Source: Candidatus Aenigmatarchaeota archaeon
GTDB taxonomy: Archaea; Aenigmatarchaeota; Aenigmatarchaeia; CG10238-14; SCSR01
Direction: 5' to 3'
Assembly: GCA_030615205.1 (NCBI GenBank)
Contig: JAUWZS010000001.1
Span: forward strand, 143,212 to 207,211
DNA: 64,000 nt
How positions within the stretch are numbered: position 1 is the stretch's first letter; every line of letters begins with the position of its first letter. Under the pieces are notes generated by a model that was not told the origin of the DNA, searched no databases, and saw only the letters and a list, made by a program, of their open reading frames with translations. This document shows, one piece after another, positions 16,829 to 25,642 of the stretch. The position numbers and the translations under genes were made by a program.

Positions 16829-18046
16829 ATGTTTGATATGTATTTCTGGTCTGTAGTTGTGTTCTTTGCGATACTGGTCGCGTTGATTTACAAGGACAGG
16901 AAGAAAGTGGAGTTCCACGCCTACGTACTAGCCATGAGGAAAACAAAACGCGGCAGGGGCTTTATATACCGGATTGCTGATGCGTCTCCTAGGCTTTGGA
17001 AGATATTGTCAACTATTGCCGTGATTGCAGCTTTTGGCGTTATGGCATATGGATTGTATCTGCTGTTCTTATCGTCCCAGTTGATTATTACCAAGGCTAT
17101 TACAATACCTGCCATACAATTCATACTCCCTGTACCGCAAGCACAGCCTATTAGTGGCACAGGTTTCATCGGCGTGCCTTTCTGGTTCTGGATATTGATA
17201 GTGCCGTTTGTGCTTTTTCCACACGAGTTTGCGCATGGTCTGATCGCCCGCGTGACAAAGGTCAAAATAAAAACTGTTGGCCTAATACAGCTGTTGATAT
17301 GGTCTGGCGCGTTTGTAGAGCCTGATGAGAAACAACTCAAAAAATCCAAGCTTATAAATAAACTCAGAATATTCAGTGTCGGCTCGATTGCAAACATTAG
17401 CATAGCTTTGGTTGTTATACTTTTGACACAGTACTTGTTATGGCCATTTGTTGTACCTACGGGTGTGATGATAACTGGGGTTGTTGAAGGCAGTGGTGCT
17501 GATGCTGCAGGCCTCGAACCAGGAATGGTTATCCAAGAAATAGGAGGTAATAATGTAAATGTAGATTATGACACTTTTGTAGCAGTTTACGGCTATTCTC
17601 TTTTCAGAGGTTATAATCTAACAAGCAGTGATTTGAAAGGTTTCTCCTCAAGAGTGGAAGTCGGCGCCATAATCAACCAATTCGAACCGAACCAGACGAT
17701 CAAAGTACAGGCTGATGACACTGTATATGATTTAACTCTGTCCGGAAGACCTGAAAATTCTTCATTACCTTATATGGGTATTGTTGCATCAACTGCTGGC
17801 GATAATGATGTTATGTTCGAATTTACATTTCCTTTGATTTGGTGGTTGACAACGCTCAGCCAACTAGTCGCAATATTCAATTTGTTGCCTATTTATCCAC
17901 TTGATGGTGGGTTGATGGTCGAAGCTGTTGCCGAGAAGCTTAACAGGAAGCACGCCAAAACGATTGTTAAGATAGTCACAATAGCTATGCTCGCTTTATT
18001 GATATTCAACTTTGTAGGCCCTTCAATAATTAGTAGTTTCTTTTAA
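16829..18046 (+). CDS. Site-2 protease (peptidase M50) with PDZ domain
   Basis: HEFAHGL (HExxH) within a TM segment, PDZ-like GSGADAAGLEPGMVIQEIGG, C-terminal NLLPIYPLDGG motif. Confidence 0.9.
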   Translation: MFDMYFWSVVVFFAILVALIYKDRKKVEFHAYVLAMRKTKRGRGFIYRIADASPRLWKILSTIAVIAAFGVMAYGLYLLFLSSQLIITKAITIPAIQFILPVPQAQPISGTGFIGVPFWFWILIVPFVLFPHEFAHGLIARVTKVKIKTVGLIQLLIWSGAFVEPDEKQLKKSKLINKLRIFSVGSIANISIALVVILLTQYLLWPFVVPTGVMITGVVEGSGADAAGLEPGMVIQEIGGNNVNVDYDTFVAVYGYSLFRGYNLTSSDLKGFSSRVEVGAIINQFEPNQTIKVQADDTVYDLTLSGRPENSSLPYMGIVASTAGDNDVMFEFTFPLIWWLTTLSQLVAIFNLLPIYPLDGGLMVEAVAEKLNRKHAKTIVKIVTIAMLALLIFNFVGPSIISSFF

Positions 18047-18076
18047 ATTACTAATCTCTTTTAATCTAGCAGAAAA

Positions 18077-18634
18077 TTATTTAGTTAAAACTTGTGTTTT
18101 TCTTATTTCGAAATTCCTGACAGGGTAAATCCTCCTTGCTTCTCTTAGAACTTTATTTTTTATGCTATCTGAGATTATCCCTCTTATAAGTCCTTCCAAT
18201 GTGCCCCCCTCGACTTCCCTTTTAATAATTTCGCGCATAACAATGCGTATATTGTTCTTTATGCTACTCTTAACTCTGCTTCGTATAATTCCCAATCCTT
18301 TCACGCGAATCTTAATACCGTCCTTTGTTATCAAGTCCTGCACAGTGTCAACACGGCGCGAATATCTGAGAACCATTCTTGAAACATAATCACTGAGGCA
18401 TTGGGATCCGTCAAACTCTGTGTGCGCATTGCTATCGTCAACTGACACAATCTTGAACTTGAATTTCATATAGTATTTTTTAAAATCGTTTATCAAAGTC
18501 ATCAGACTTACGTCTATCTTTCTACCGATTAGCGAATCCGGATCTGCTGCGCTCGTCTGTCCTATTTCCACGCTTCCAAAAATTTTCGGAGCAAGGATTG
18601 TGTACCATTTCTTGTCTTTGCTTTTCTTGACCAA
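18077..18634 (-). CDS. rps3ae: 30S ribosomal protein S3Ae (eS1)
   Basis: KKWYTILAPKIFG... N-terminus typical of S3Ae. 185 aa. Confidence 0.9.
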   Translation of the reverse strand: MVKKSKDKKWYTILAPKIFGSVEIGQTSAADPDSLIGRKIDVSLMTLINDFKKYYMKFKFKIVSVDDSNAHTEFDGSQCLSDYVSRMVLRYSRRVDTVQDLITKDGIKIRVKGLGIIRSRVKSSIKNNIRIVMREIIKREVEGGTLEGLIRGIISDSIKNKVLREARRIYPVRNFEIRKTQVLTK

Positions 18635-18635
18635 T

Positions 18636-20012
18636 TCATTTCACCTGATTACTTAATTTATTTTCTGTTGCTTTAATAAATTCATCTTCCTTTCCAGCAG
18701 CAATCAATGCACCAGCAGCAAACTTATGTCCTCCTGCCTCTCCGCCTACACTATGCGCTGCTTCGACTATAATATCTCTCAAATTAAGGTTTAAATTTCT
18801 TGACATACGGGCTGAAATTTTCAGATTGCCATCCTCATCATCAGCAAATCCTATCACTATCTTCGTAGAATCAACTATACCAGAGCTAAGAGCGATTGAC
18901 AATAAAGTACCGATTATAGTATCCGGTATCTTCTTGCCGCCTTTCACTATTGTTATGCTATTGCGAGCCTCAAAATTCCCGTCGCGAAGCCAGTTCAATC
19001 CAGTACTTATCATCTTTCTGTAATTTTCTAATATTCCCCACGAGTCCCGGAGTGCAGTAAGATCATTCAGACAAAGCCTCACTGCGACACCAAAATTTCC
19101 AGTTCGGCCACAAGCGTTCAGAAGAGTTGCAAACTCACGTGCATCCTGCAGATCTTTCGGCCGGCCAATCAAATTATATATCTCCCCAAATATGTCTTCT
19201 GCGTCTTCATGTCCGTTCTTCAACCGCTCAACAATTATTGCACTCGCCAATTTCTTCTGCTCTTCCAATGTCAGGTCCTTAAGCATTCGCCAGCGCTCGC
19301 CCTCTTTAAGCTCGATTCCAAGCTCAGCCAAAAACTGTACAGCGTTTGATTCAGACCCAGTAATGCCTGGTATAACTGCGTCTGAAGAATATTCAAGTGA
19401 TTTGAAAATAGGTCTTGTATTCCTACCGTAAAGCCTGATTCCTCGTTCGATAGATATTTTGCCGAGCATCTCCGCTTCTTCCAGAATTTTTCTTCCAAGA
19501 CCTTTCAATTCCCATTTCTCATCCATTATGTCGCCCATCGCGCCAACAATCGCAAGATCTATCAAGTCTGTATTTCTAATGTTGAGCATTTTTGCAAAGA
19601 GGTAACATATCATTGACGCAGATATTTCTTCTTCGCCGAGCACAAGAGGGTTTATGTGAAGCAGGTTCATGTGCTCTTTCCGCACAGGATCGTGATGGTC
19701 TAAAACTAAGACTTGCGTTTTGTCAAGCACATCCTTCAGACCATTTATTTGTCCGCTGCCTAAATCCAAAAGAATCAAGAAATCTGATTCGCCAATGTCC
19801 AGCTCTTTTATATCATTTTCAGTAAGCTGCTTCAATATGCGAAATTTGAAGTTCACGCCCTCGCGTGTGAGTGCTTTTATAAGAATTGCAGCTGAGCTGA
19901 GGCCATCGGCATCATGATGTGAAATAACTTTCACATTCTTTTCCCTGATCAGCGCCTTCACAATCTTCGATACTTTTTCTATTTCTTCAAAAAACAGATT
20001 ATCACCTATCAC
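18636..20012 (-). CDS. DHH/DHHA1 phosphoesterase, archaeal RecJ/Cdc45-like (GAN-type)
   Basis: ISHHDADGLSSAAIL, VLVLDHHDP (DHH), GGHKFAAGA (DHHA1). Sits between rps15 and rps3ae. Confidence 0.85.
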   Translation of the reverse strand: MIGDNLFFEEIEKVSKIVKALIREKNVKVISHHDADGLSSAAILIKALTREGVNFKFRILKQLTENDIKELDIGESDFLILLDLGSGQINGLKDVLDKTQVLVLDHHDPVRKEHMNLLHINPLVLGEEEISASMICYLFAKMLNIRNTDLIDLAIVGAMGDIMDEKWELKGLGRKILEEAEMLGKISIERGIRLYGRNTRPIFKSLEYSSDAVIPGITGSESNAVQFLAELGIELKEGERWRMLKDLTLEEQKKLASAIIVERLKNGHEDAEDIFGEIYNLIGRPKDLQDAREFATLLNACGRTGNFGVAVRLCLNDLTALRDSWGILENYRKMISTGLNWLRDGNFEARNSITIVKGGKKIPDTIIGTLLSIALSSGIVDSTKIVIGFADDEDGNLKISARMSRNLNLNLRDIIVEAAHSVGGEAGGHKFAAGALIAAGKEDEFIKATENKLSNQVK

Positions 20013-20100
20013 CTATTATCTCTATTTGTTAAATAATGTCAACGGAATTATAAAAATCGAGTGAGAGCACAGTTCCGCTATCCGCTGGAATCTGCTGGTT

Positions 20101-20559
20101 CTATTTCTGCACAATAAGTTTCGCCTGCTCGTACGAATATTTCCATTTCTTCGGCAAATCGCCTTTTCGTACATAATATTTTCCAAGCCTTCTTATTTTT
20201 GATTCCAGATCTCCCAGACCTTTTTTTGAGTGTTTGTCTGGTTTGTGCTTTTCAAGATGTTCATGCAAAAGCACTGCCTTTCTCAATAAGCTCATCATAT
20301 CTTCCGGCAAGTCAGGATAAACTTTATTCTCTTTCATTATTTGGCTTACAGTTTTGCCTGTAGCTGACTTTACATCAGGTACGCCGTACTTGTCCCGCAA
20401 AAGCAATCCAATGATCGCAGACGTCTTTCTATCTTTCGCCAACTCAATAATAAGCTCTTCTATCTCTTTCTTTTTCAGCTCTGTCCATTCCTTTGGTTTT
20501 CGTACAACCGGCTTTTTACTTCCGTGCTTTCCCTTTTTTCTTGAATAAATCCTTGCCAT
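20101..20559 (-). CDS. rps15: 30S ribosomal protein S15 (uS15, S13e type)
   Basis: MARIYSRKKGKHGSKKP... and HLEKHKPDKHSKKGL...RRLGKYY. Confidence 0.9.
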   Translation of the reverse strand: MARIYSRKKGKHGSKKPVVRKPKEWTELKKKEIEELIIELAKDRKTSAIIGLLLRDKYGVPDVKSATGKTVSQIMKENKVYPDLPEDMMSLLRKAVLLHEHLEKHKPDKHSKKGLGDLESKIRRLGKYYVRKGDLPKKWKYSYEQAKLIVQK

Positions 20560-20577
20560 TTAACCACTCTATTTTTT

Positions 20578-20829
20578 TCACTCTTCACGTTTTCCAAAAA
20601 TCTCCTTGGCCAGCCAAACGAATACAAGAAAGACACTTGCGCAAAAGGCAATAACAGCGCCCATCATTGTAATTATCACTGGTATTCCGCTTGTGGTAAT
20701 TGCAGTCAGTCCTATTCCGCCTGCAAAAACGAGTGCTCCAAAAATTATTCCTACCATTGAATAATTCTCAAGTGTTTCAAACCTATTTCCGCTTCTCAGG
20801 TCCTTTAGTGTCTTTATTACGTTTAGCAT
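20578..20829 (-). CDS. Small two-TM membrane protein; start uncertain (ATG 20829 overlaps the kinase 3' end, ATG 20757 does not)
   Basis: MVGIIFGALVFAGGIGLTAITTSGIPVIITMMGAVIAFCASVFLVFVWL. Confidence 0.45.
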   Translation of the reverse strand: MLNVIKTLKDLRSGNRFETLENYSMVGIIFGALVFAGGIGLTAITTSGIPVIITMMGAVIAFCASVFLVFVWLAKEIFGKREE

Positions 20830-21448
20830 ATCTCGCCCTGCCCTCAATTTCCTCTATCTTTTTTATTACTTCATCTGCATTCTTATATTCTTTCCTGTAT
20901 CCGATTAGAATATTTCGCCAGCAAAGTTTTAATATCTTGTAGTGCGCTGCTTTTACAGCATCATGCAGAAGCTTCAAATCAACACCCTTATCCTCAACGC
21001 GCTTCGAGTATCCGCCAAGTCCAAAATCAATAAAGTAGATTTTTCCGTTTTTATCTAAAATCATGTTCGATGTTGTAAGGTCGCCGTGTATTATATTAGC
21101 ATCATGCAGCCTGCCGATCGCACTGCCGATTTTCTCACAGATTTTTTCAATTTCCGTTCTTTCCGCATGTCCCAACTTTTCCTTTATCCGTTCGCCAGAA
21201 ATAAATTCCATAAGTATTTTGCATTCTGTTTTGTCAACATGCAGAATCTGCGGTGTTGCCACGCCAACCGTACGCGCGTCTGTCAAAAGTTTTACCTCGT
21301 GGCTCGTTCTCTCTTTGCGCAACTTTTCGTCTATTTGCTTTACGCGGTATCCTTTCTTTATCCGCTCTTTCACAAGCACACGCTGGTTTTCCCAATTGTC
21401 CAAATAAAGTATTGCTTCAGCACCACGAGCGATTATTTCCTTTTCCAT
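20783..21448 (-). CDS. bud32: Bud32/PRPK-type atypical Ser/Thr kinase (KEOPS subunit)
   Basis: RGAEAILY N-terminus, catalytic IIHGDLTTSNMI, DFGL motif. About 220 aa. Confidence 0.9.
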   Translation of the reverse strand: MEKEIIARGAEAILYLDNWENQRVLVKERIKKGYRVKQIDEKLRKERTSHEVKLLTDARTVGVATPQILHVDKTECKILMEFISGERIKEKLGHAERTEIEKICEKIGSAIGRLHDANIIHGDLTTSNMILDKNGKIYFIDFGLGGYSKRVEDKGVDLKLLHDAVKAAHYKILKLCWRNILIGYRKEYKNADEVIKKIEEIEGRARYAKRNKDTKGPEKRK

Positions 21449-21519
21449 AAAATCAATTAATAGAATTAGTTTTTAAATACAACTCGTATTTTCAACTAAA
21501 GAAATTTTAATGTTTTATT

Positions 21520-21948
21520 TTAATCAGGAGGGTGAAGAGGTAAATCTTCTCCTTTCTTACCATAAACAACTTCAAGTAAATTATTCAAGTACCAGGCCTC
21601 ATGAAGTCCCTTATACTTTAAAGGCAGTCCTCCTCTACCAACAGGAGGGCCAGTGCATTCACATCTAACATCAAGGTGCAGATACATCGCCAACCAGTCT
21701 TTATCAAACTCTCTAACGAATTCCTCAAAATTTTTTGTCAAATTCCATATTCCAGCTAAGTTCATCTCTATATAGGGTTTGGCATCATATGTTCTCTTGT
21801 CATATAGTTTTAATGGTTTAACACTCAAGTTGTCTCCTATAGCGCTCCCCCAACCATAATCTTTATCACCCACCCATATAATCGTAGATGGGTGACAAAA
21901 TTCATCTACTTCCACAGGTTCCAAAATCACGTGTCCCAAACTGGTCAT
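21520..21948 (-). CDS. Hypothetical protein (142 aa)
   Basis: Long ORF only; no motif recognised. Confidence 0.5.
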   Translation of the reverse strand: MTSLGHVILEPVEVDEFCHPSTIIWVGDKDYGWGSAIGDNLSVKPLKLYDKRTYDAKPYIEMNLAGIWNLTKNFEEFVREFDKDWLAMYLHLDVRCECTGPPVGRGGLPLKYKGLHEAWYLNNLLEVVYGKKGEDLPLHPPD

Positions 21949-22046
21949 TCTCTATCACTCTAGAATAAATAATGAAAAGTAAAATTTATTAATCTTTCTA
22001 TTCCCAGAACAAAAACAGGAAGTGGGATTTAAATCTGACATAGAGG

Positions 22047-22331
22047 TTAAGCTAAATCTGTTATAAATGTCTTCATTTTATACAAAAGCTCTGTCGGAGT
22101 TGCAAATCTTGCCATCACTGGAGTTTCTTTACCTGTTCCTTTAAGTTTAGTTTTTATAAAACCATATCTTTCTAAAACCCTCAAGTGGAAATTAGTTACG
22201 TTTGTATCATATCCTAATTTTTTTGCTATTTCACCTATGAACATTCCAGAAGTTTCTAATAACATTCTCGCAATGTCATATCTCTCAGGTTGAGTTACTA
22301 CATGCATTTGAAATATTTCCTGTTCTTTCAT
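22047..22331 (-). CDS. Winged-helix (ArsR-like) transcription regulator
   Basis: ARMLLETSGMFIGEIAKKLGYDTNVTNFHLRVLERYGFIKTKL. ATG at 22331; the track start 22373 is TTG. Confidence 0.7.
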   Translation of the reverse strand: MKEQEIFQMHVVTQPERYDIARMLLETSGMFIGEIAKKLGYDTNVTNFHLRVLERYGFIKTKLKGTGKETPVMARFATPTELLYKMKTFITDLA

Positions 22332-22430
22332 AAAAAGAAGATAGATAAATAAACATTTAAGCCCTATTCCCAAAGAACAAAAATCTATCTGGTTCTATTG
22401 ATAACGTTATTAAAGATATGTTAGCTATTA

Positions 22431-23138
22431 GTGATTATGCAAAGGGATTTCCGAAAGGACTGGAGAGAATATCCAGCAGATAAAATTCCGTCCAAAAATA
22501 AATTGCCTGATTTTTTATTTGAATTATTAAAAAAAGAACAAGTTAAAACAGTATTGGATTCGGGTTGTGGGGTTGGAAGGTCTGCTATAGATCTTTATCG
22601 AAGAGGATATTCAGTTGTTGGAGTGGATATTAACCAAAAAGCAATAGAAAAAGCAAAGGCAGAAGCACAAAAAATTATTGATCCACCTTCCGACAATTTC
22701 TTGAGGTTTTATGTAAAGGATATAACTGATTTACAACTGGAAGAAGCACCATTCGATGCTGTTTTAATGCAATTAGTGATATCGTTGATTGGGGATGTAG
22801 ATGATAGAAAAAAACTATTACAGATGAGTAGAAAATTAATAAAACCTGATGGGATTCTTTATCTCTCTGCTTCTGGAGTATCGGATGATATTAACCCAAA
22901 ATATGAAGAAACATATAAAAAGGATTTTCCGATAACTGGAGAAATGTACACTTATTTATCAAGAGATTCTGAAGGGAGAGTCTTGTATGCCACTCACCAT
23001 TTTACAGAAAAAGAACTAAAAGAATTGTTACAAACTGGATTTAAAGAAATCAAAATAATAAAAAAGAAGGAAATGAGTAGTAGAAGACCTGACGAAGTGG
23101 CTTATTTCTTCTATGCAACTGCAAGAGCAAAAGTGTAA
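22431..23138 (+). CDS. Class I SAM-dependent methyltransferase
   Basis: VLDSGCGVGRSAIDLYRRGYSVVGVDIN (motif I and post-I). The first ATG is at 22437. Confidence 0.85.
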   Translation: MIMQRDFRKDWREYPADKIPSKNKLPDFLFELLKKEQVKTVLDSGCGVGRSAIDLYRRGYSVVGVDINQKAIEKAKAEAQKIIDPPSDNFLRFYVKDITDLQLEEAPFDAVLMQLVISLIGDVDDRKKLLQMSRKLIKPDGILYLSASGVSDDINPKYEETYKKDFPITGEMYTYLSRDSEGRVLYATHHFTEKELKELLQTGFKEIKIIKKKEMSSRRPDEVAYFFYATARAKV

Positions 23139-23211
23139 GATAACTAAAAAATCGAGTGAAAATCTATCTGATTCTGGTTGATTTAAATCTTTTCCTATCA
23201 ATATCTAAAGT

Positions 23212-23601
23212 ATGAAAACTCCGAGTGAAATTTTCTCCAAAGCATTCACCGCTTATAAAATTGTTAAGGGTTTGTATTACGAAGGGAATGATGTATACAC
23301 GAATCGAAATGGTAAAAAAGTTTGGTTCGGAACAAGTGGTCTTCTTCATGAAGATGATAACCCACTTTGTTCTTTAATAGGGTTTAGAGAGTTTGATGCT
23401 TTCGCAGCTGGATATCTTAGTGGTTGGGAATATTTATTATTGGGTGATATCAAACCCCTCTATAGGTATGTTGTTACCAGATTTTCAGGACGTTTGAAAA
23501 AAGCATTCGAAGTTGGAGAAGTTGCAAGAAAAGTTGGATTCTTAGAAGCTCGTGATAAGATGAATGATATTAAGAGATTTGATCGGCCAGAGTCTGATTA
23601 A
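23212..23601 (+). CDS. Hypothetical protein (129 aa)
   Basis: ORF only. Confidence 0.5.
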   Translation: MKTPSEIFSKAFTAYKIVKGLYYEGNDVYTNRNGKKVWFGTSGLLHEDDNPLCSLIGFREFDAFAAGYLSGWEYLLLGDIKPLYRYVVTRFSGRLKKAFEVGEVARKVGFLEARDKMNDIKRFDRPESD

Positions 23602-23647
23602 ATTAGGATACTTTTCTAACCATTCTATTTTTAAGAAAACTAAAAGA

Positions 23648-23824
23648 TTATCTTCTTCTGCGACTTTCAATATATCTTCTAATAGTTTGGATGCGTCTTT
23701 CCGGTACATCATCTAACATCGAGTGTCTAGAACCATACGGGCCTCTTACAGTCCGGCGATTTTTAATGATCTCAGTCCCTTCATCATACTCTTCAACAAG
23801 TCTGGGATCAACAAATCCTGACAT
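23648..23824 (-). CDS. 58-aa Arg-rich small ORF, below the ORF-track cutoff
   Basis: Hand translation: MSGFVDPRLVEEYDEGTEIIKNRRTVRGPYGSRHSMLDDVPERRIQTIRRYIESRRRR*. GC is noticeably higher than in the flanking spacer. Confidence 0.35.
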   Translation of the reverse strand: MSGFVDPRLVEEYDEGTEIIKNRRTVRGPYGSRHSMLDDVPERRIQTIRRYIESRRRR

Positions 23825-23888
23825 AATTTAATAAGTACAGTTAGAGATTTATATCCTCGTAATAGGATAAACCTTTATCGGCGAGTAC

Positions 23889-24023
23889 ATGTGGGGATAT
23901 GCTTACATAAACTGCGACAAATGCGGCAACAGGCTGAAGATACGGCTCGGCCAACGAACACGAAGATGTCCTTATTGTGGTAAGCAAGTTAAAGTTGCTG
24001 GTAAAGTTAAAGAGAAAATATAA
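23889..24023 (+). CDS. 44-aa zinc-ribbon protein (CxxC...CxxC), below the ORF-track cutoff
   Basis: Hand translation: MWGYAYINCDKCGNRLKIRLGQRTRRCPYCGKQVKVAGKVKEKI*. Resembles small archaeal Zn-ribbon proteins. Confidence 0.5.
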   Translation: MWGYAYINCDKCGNRLKIRLGQRTRRCPYCGKQVKVAGKVKEKI

Positions 24024-24045
24024 TAATTGTGAATTTTTTAATTCC

Positions 24046-24693
24046 TTATTTGTTTAAAATACACTCTGCCCAATGTTTTAGGAATTTAATATAATTTTCT
24101 CTATCGTCTATTGTAACTTCTATTTTTCTAGAACCCGTTTTTTTATTTAAGTTCACTTCGATTAAACCTTTTTTTCCAGATAACTTAATATCTATCCAAT
24201 CGTCTCCAAGTTTTCGATCTCGCAATATTAGTTCAAATGCGTATTCATATGTATTTTTAACAAAAATTTCTGTATAAAGTAAGAATAGATTTGCCACATC
24301 TAAAAAATCCTCGACTTGATCACGTATAGGTTTTTTGAATTCGTGTTCCAACTCATTCCTTTTTCTATTTATCTTAGTCAATATTCGTGGTGCTACTATT
24401 CCAGTCTTAAGTAAGAAGTCTATTTTATCTGGAAAAGTCCAGCCCTCTTTTTTAGCTTTCTCATACAGCCCAAACAGGTATAAGAGGGATTCTATTCTAC
24501 AATCTATGCTTCTTTTAATGTTAGAAAGTGAATTAACTAGAGCTTTTTCTGTATCTTCTTTCAAGTCATCTTCGGCAAATTTTATAAAATCTTCTGGTTT
24601 AAGCTCGAATGGTAAATCTAAGGGTTCGTCAGACCAACTATCAACTCCTTTAATCAAATCTTTTCTTTCTAAGAATCCTAGCATTTCCTGCAT
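24046..24693 (-). CDS. Candidate HEPN-domain protein (215 aa, all-helical, RNxxxH motif)
   Basis: R-N-E-L-E-H at residues 112-117 (nt 24343-24360) in the context ILTKINRKRNELEHEF, which fits the Rx4-6H HEPN signature with a polar residue after R. Confidence 0.45.
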   Translation of the reverse strand: MQEMLGFLERKDLIKGVDSWSDEPLDLPFELKPEDFIKFAEDDLKEDTEKALVNSLSNIKRSIDCRIESLLYLFGLYEKAKKEGWTFPDKIDFLLKTGIVAPRILTKINRKRNELEHEFKKPIRDQVEDFLDVANLFLLYTEIFVKNTYEYAFELILRDRKLGDDWIDIKLSGKKGLIEVNLNKKTGSRKIEVTIDDRENYIKFLKHWAECILNK

Positions 24694-24716
24694 ATCTTAA
24701 GTAATGATGTTTATAT

Positions 24717-25199
24717 TTAAATTTTTATTTTTTCTATGTATTTTTTAAATTCAGCCTGCATCTTTTTTAAGTCTTCTATGGTTTGGGTACGAATTTTTAT
24801 TTGGTCTCTAATTAGAGAATCCAGACTATTTTCAATTTCATTAGTTTTATACAACATATATCCACCTACAGAGAAGACAATCAATATTGAAATGGATAAT
24901 ATTGAGATAATCAATCTGTTTGAATCAATTTCTATATCATCAACGTTTGAAATATAAAATTGAACAAGTCCAAAAGATAAGATTAATCCGACATATAGAA
25001 ATGTTCGAGCCAATTCCAATCTACTCTTATGTTTAAGCTTTGTTAATTCGAATGCATCTTCTCTCGCTTCTTTTTTATACTCTCTTATGATGTTAAGTAA
25101 GTAATTGTTCATCTCTTCAGTTGCTTTTACAATTCGAAGCTTCTTTTCCAAATTATTTATCTCTTTTTTGTCCATCACGACCAAATCATAATTTACCAA
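24717..25199 (-). CDS. Coiled-coil protein with central two-TM hairpin (160 aa)
   Basis: TFLYVGLILSFGLVQFYI and IISILSISILIVFSVGGYMLY, flanked by Lys/Glu-rich helices. Confidence 0.55.
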   Translation of the reverse strand: MVNYDLVVMDKKEINNLEKKLRIVKATEEMNNYLLNIIREYKKEAREDAFELTKLKHKSRLELARTFLYVGLILSFGLVQFYISNVDDIEIDSNRLIISILSISILIVFSVGGYMLYKTNEIENSLDSLIRDQIKIRTQTIEDLKKMQAEFKKYIEKIKI

Positions 25200-25260
25200 T
25201 AAACTTAAAAAACTTTTTCAGAAACACCAATTTCAAGCAAAGAATAAAATTAGATATTAA

Positions 25261-25590
25261 TTATTTTTCACTAAGGAGTTTATCTAATAGCATCACAAGC
25301 ACTCCATAAGTAATAGGATATCTCTTTGCAATTTTCAAAAGATATGTTCTATTTTTATTGTAATATTTTTTAACAAATTCTTTTTTATTTTTCAAATATT
25401 CATTATATAATTCTTCCCATTTTTTTAAAAGTCTTTGATTTTCTTCAACATTTTTTTTATTTAATTTGATAACTTTTTCAAAACCTGTATTTAGCCATTC
25501 AACATCAAATTCTTTTACTAAGGTTGACTTACTCATTAATGCTGACATGAGAGCGTTTCTGACTAATGTATCTTTACTCCAATTTCGCAT
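25261..25590 (-). CDS. Hypothetical Lys-rich helical protein (109 aa)
   Basis: ORF only, co-directional with the two downstream genes. Confidence 0.45.
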   Translation of the reverse strand: MRNWSKDTLVRNALMSALMSKSTLVKEFDVEWLNTGFEKVIKLNKKNVEENQRLLKKWEELYNEYLKNKKEFVKKYYNKNRTYLLKIAKRYPITYGVLVMLLDKLLSEK

Positions 25591-25642
25591 AATTAAACCT
25601 TATTTTAATTTAATTAAATTTAACTGTTAAATGTTTTTAGAA

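Noticed and set aside
16921-17403. 160-aa minus-strand ORF inside the M50 protease gene
   Set aside because: It is antisense to a gene with HExxH, PDZ and LDG motifs, so it is a shadow ORF.
21520-25590. Integrated mobile element or provirus
   Set aside because: No integrase, transposase, capsid-like genes or terminal repeats at the islet borders were recognised. Only the low GC content and orphan genes support foreign origin.
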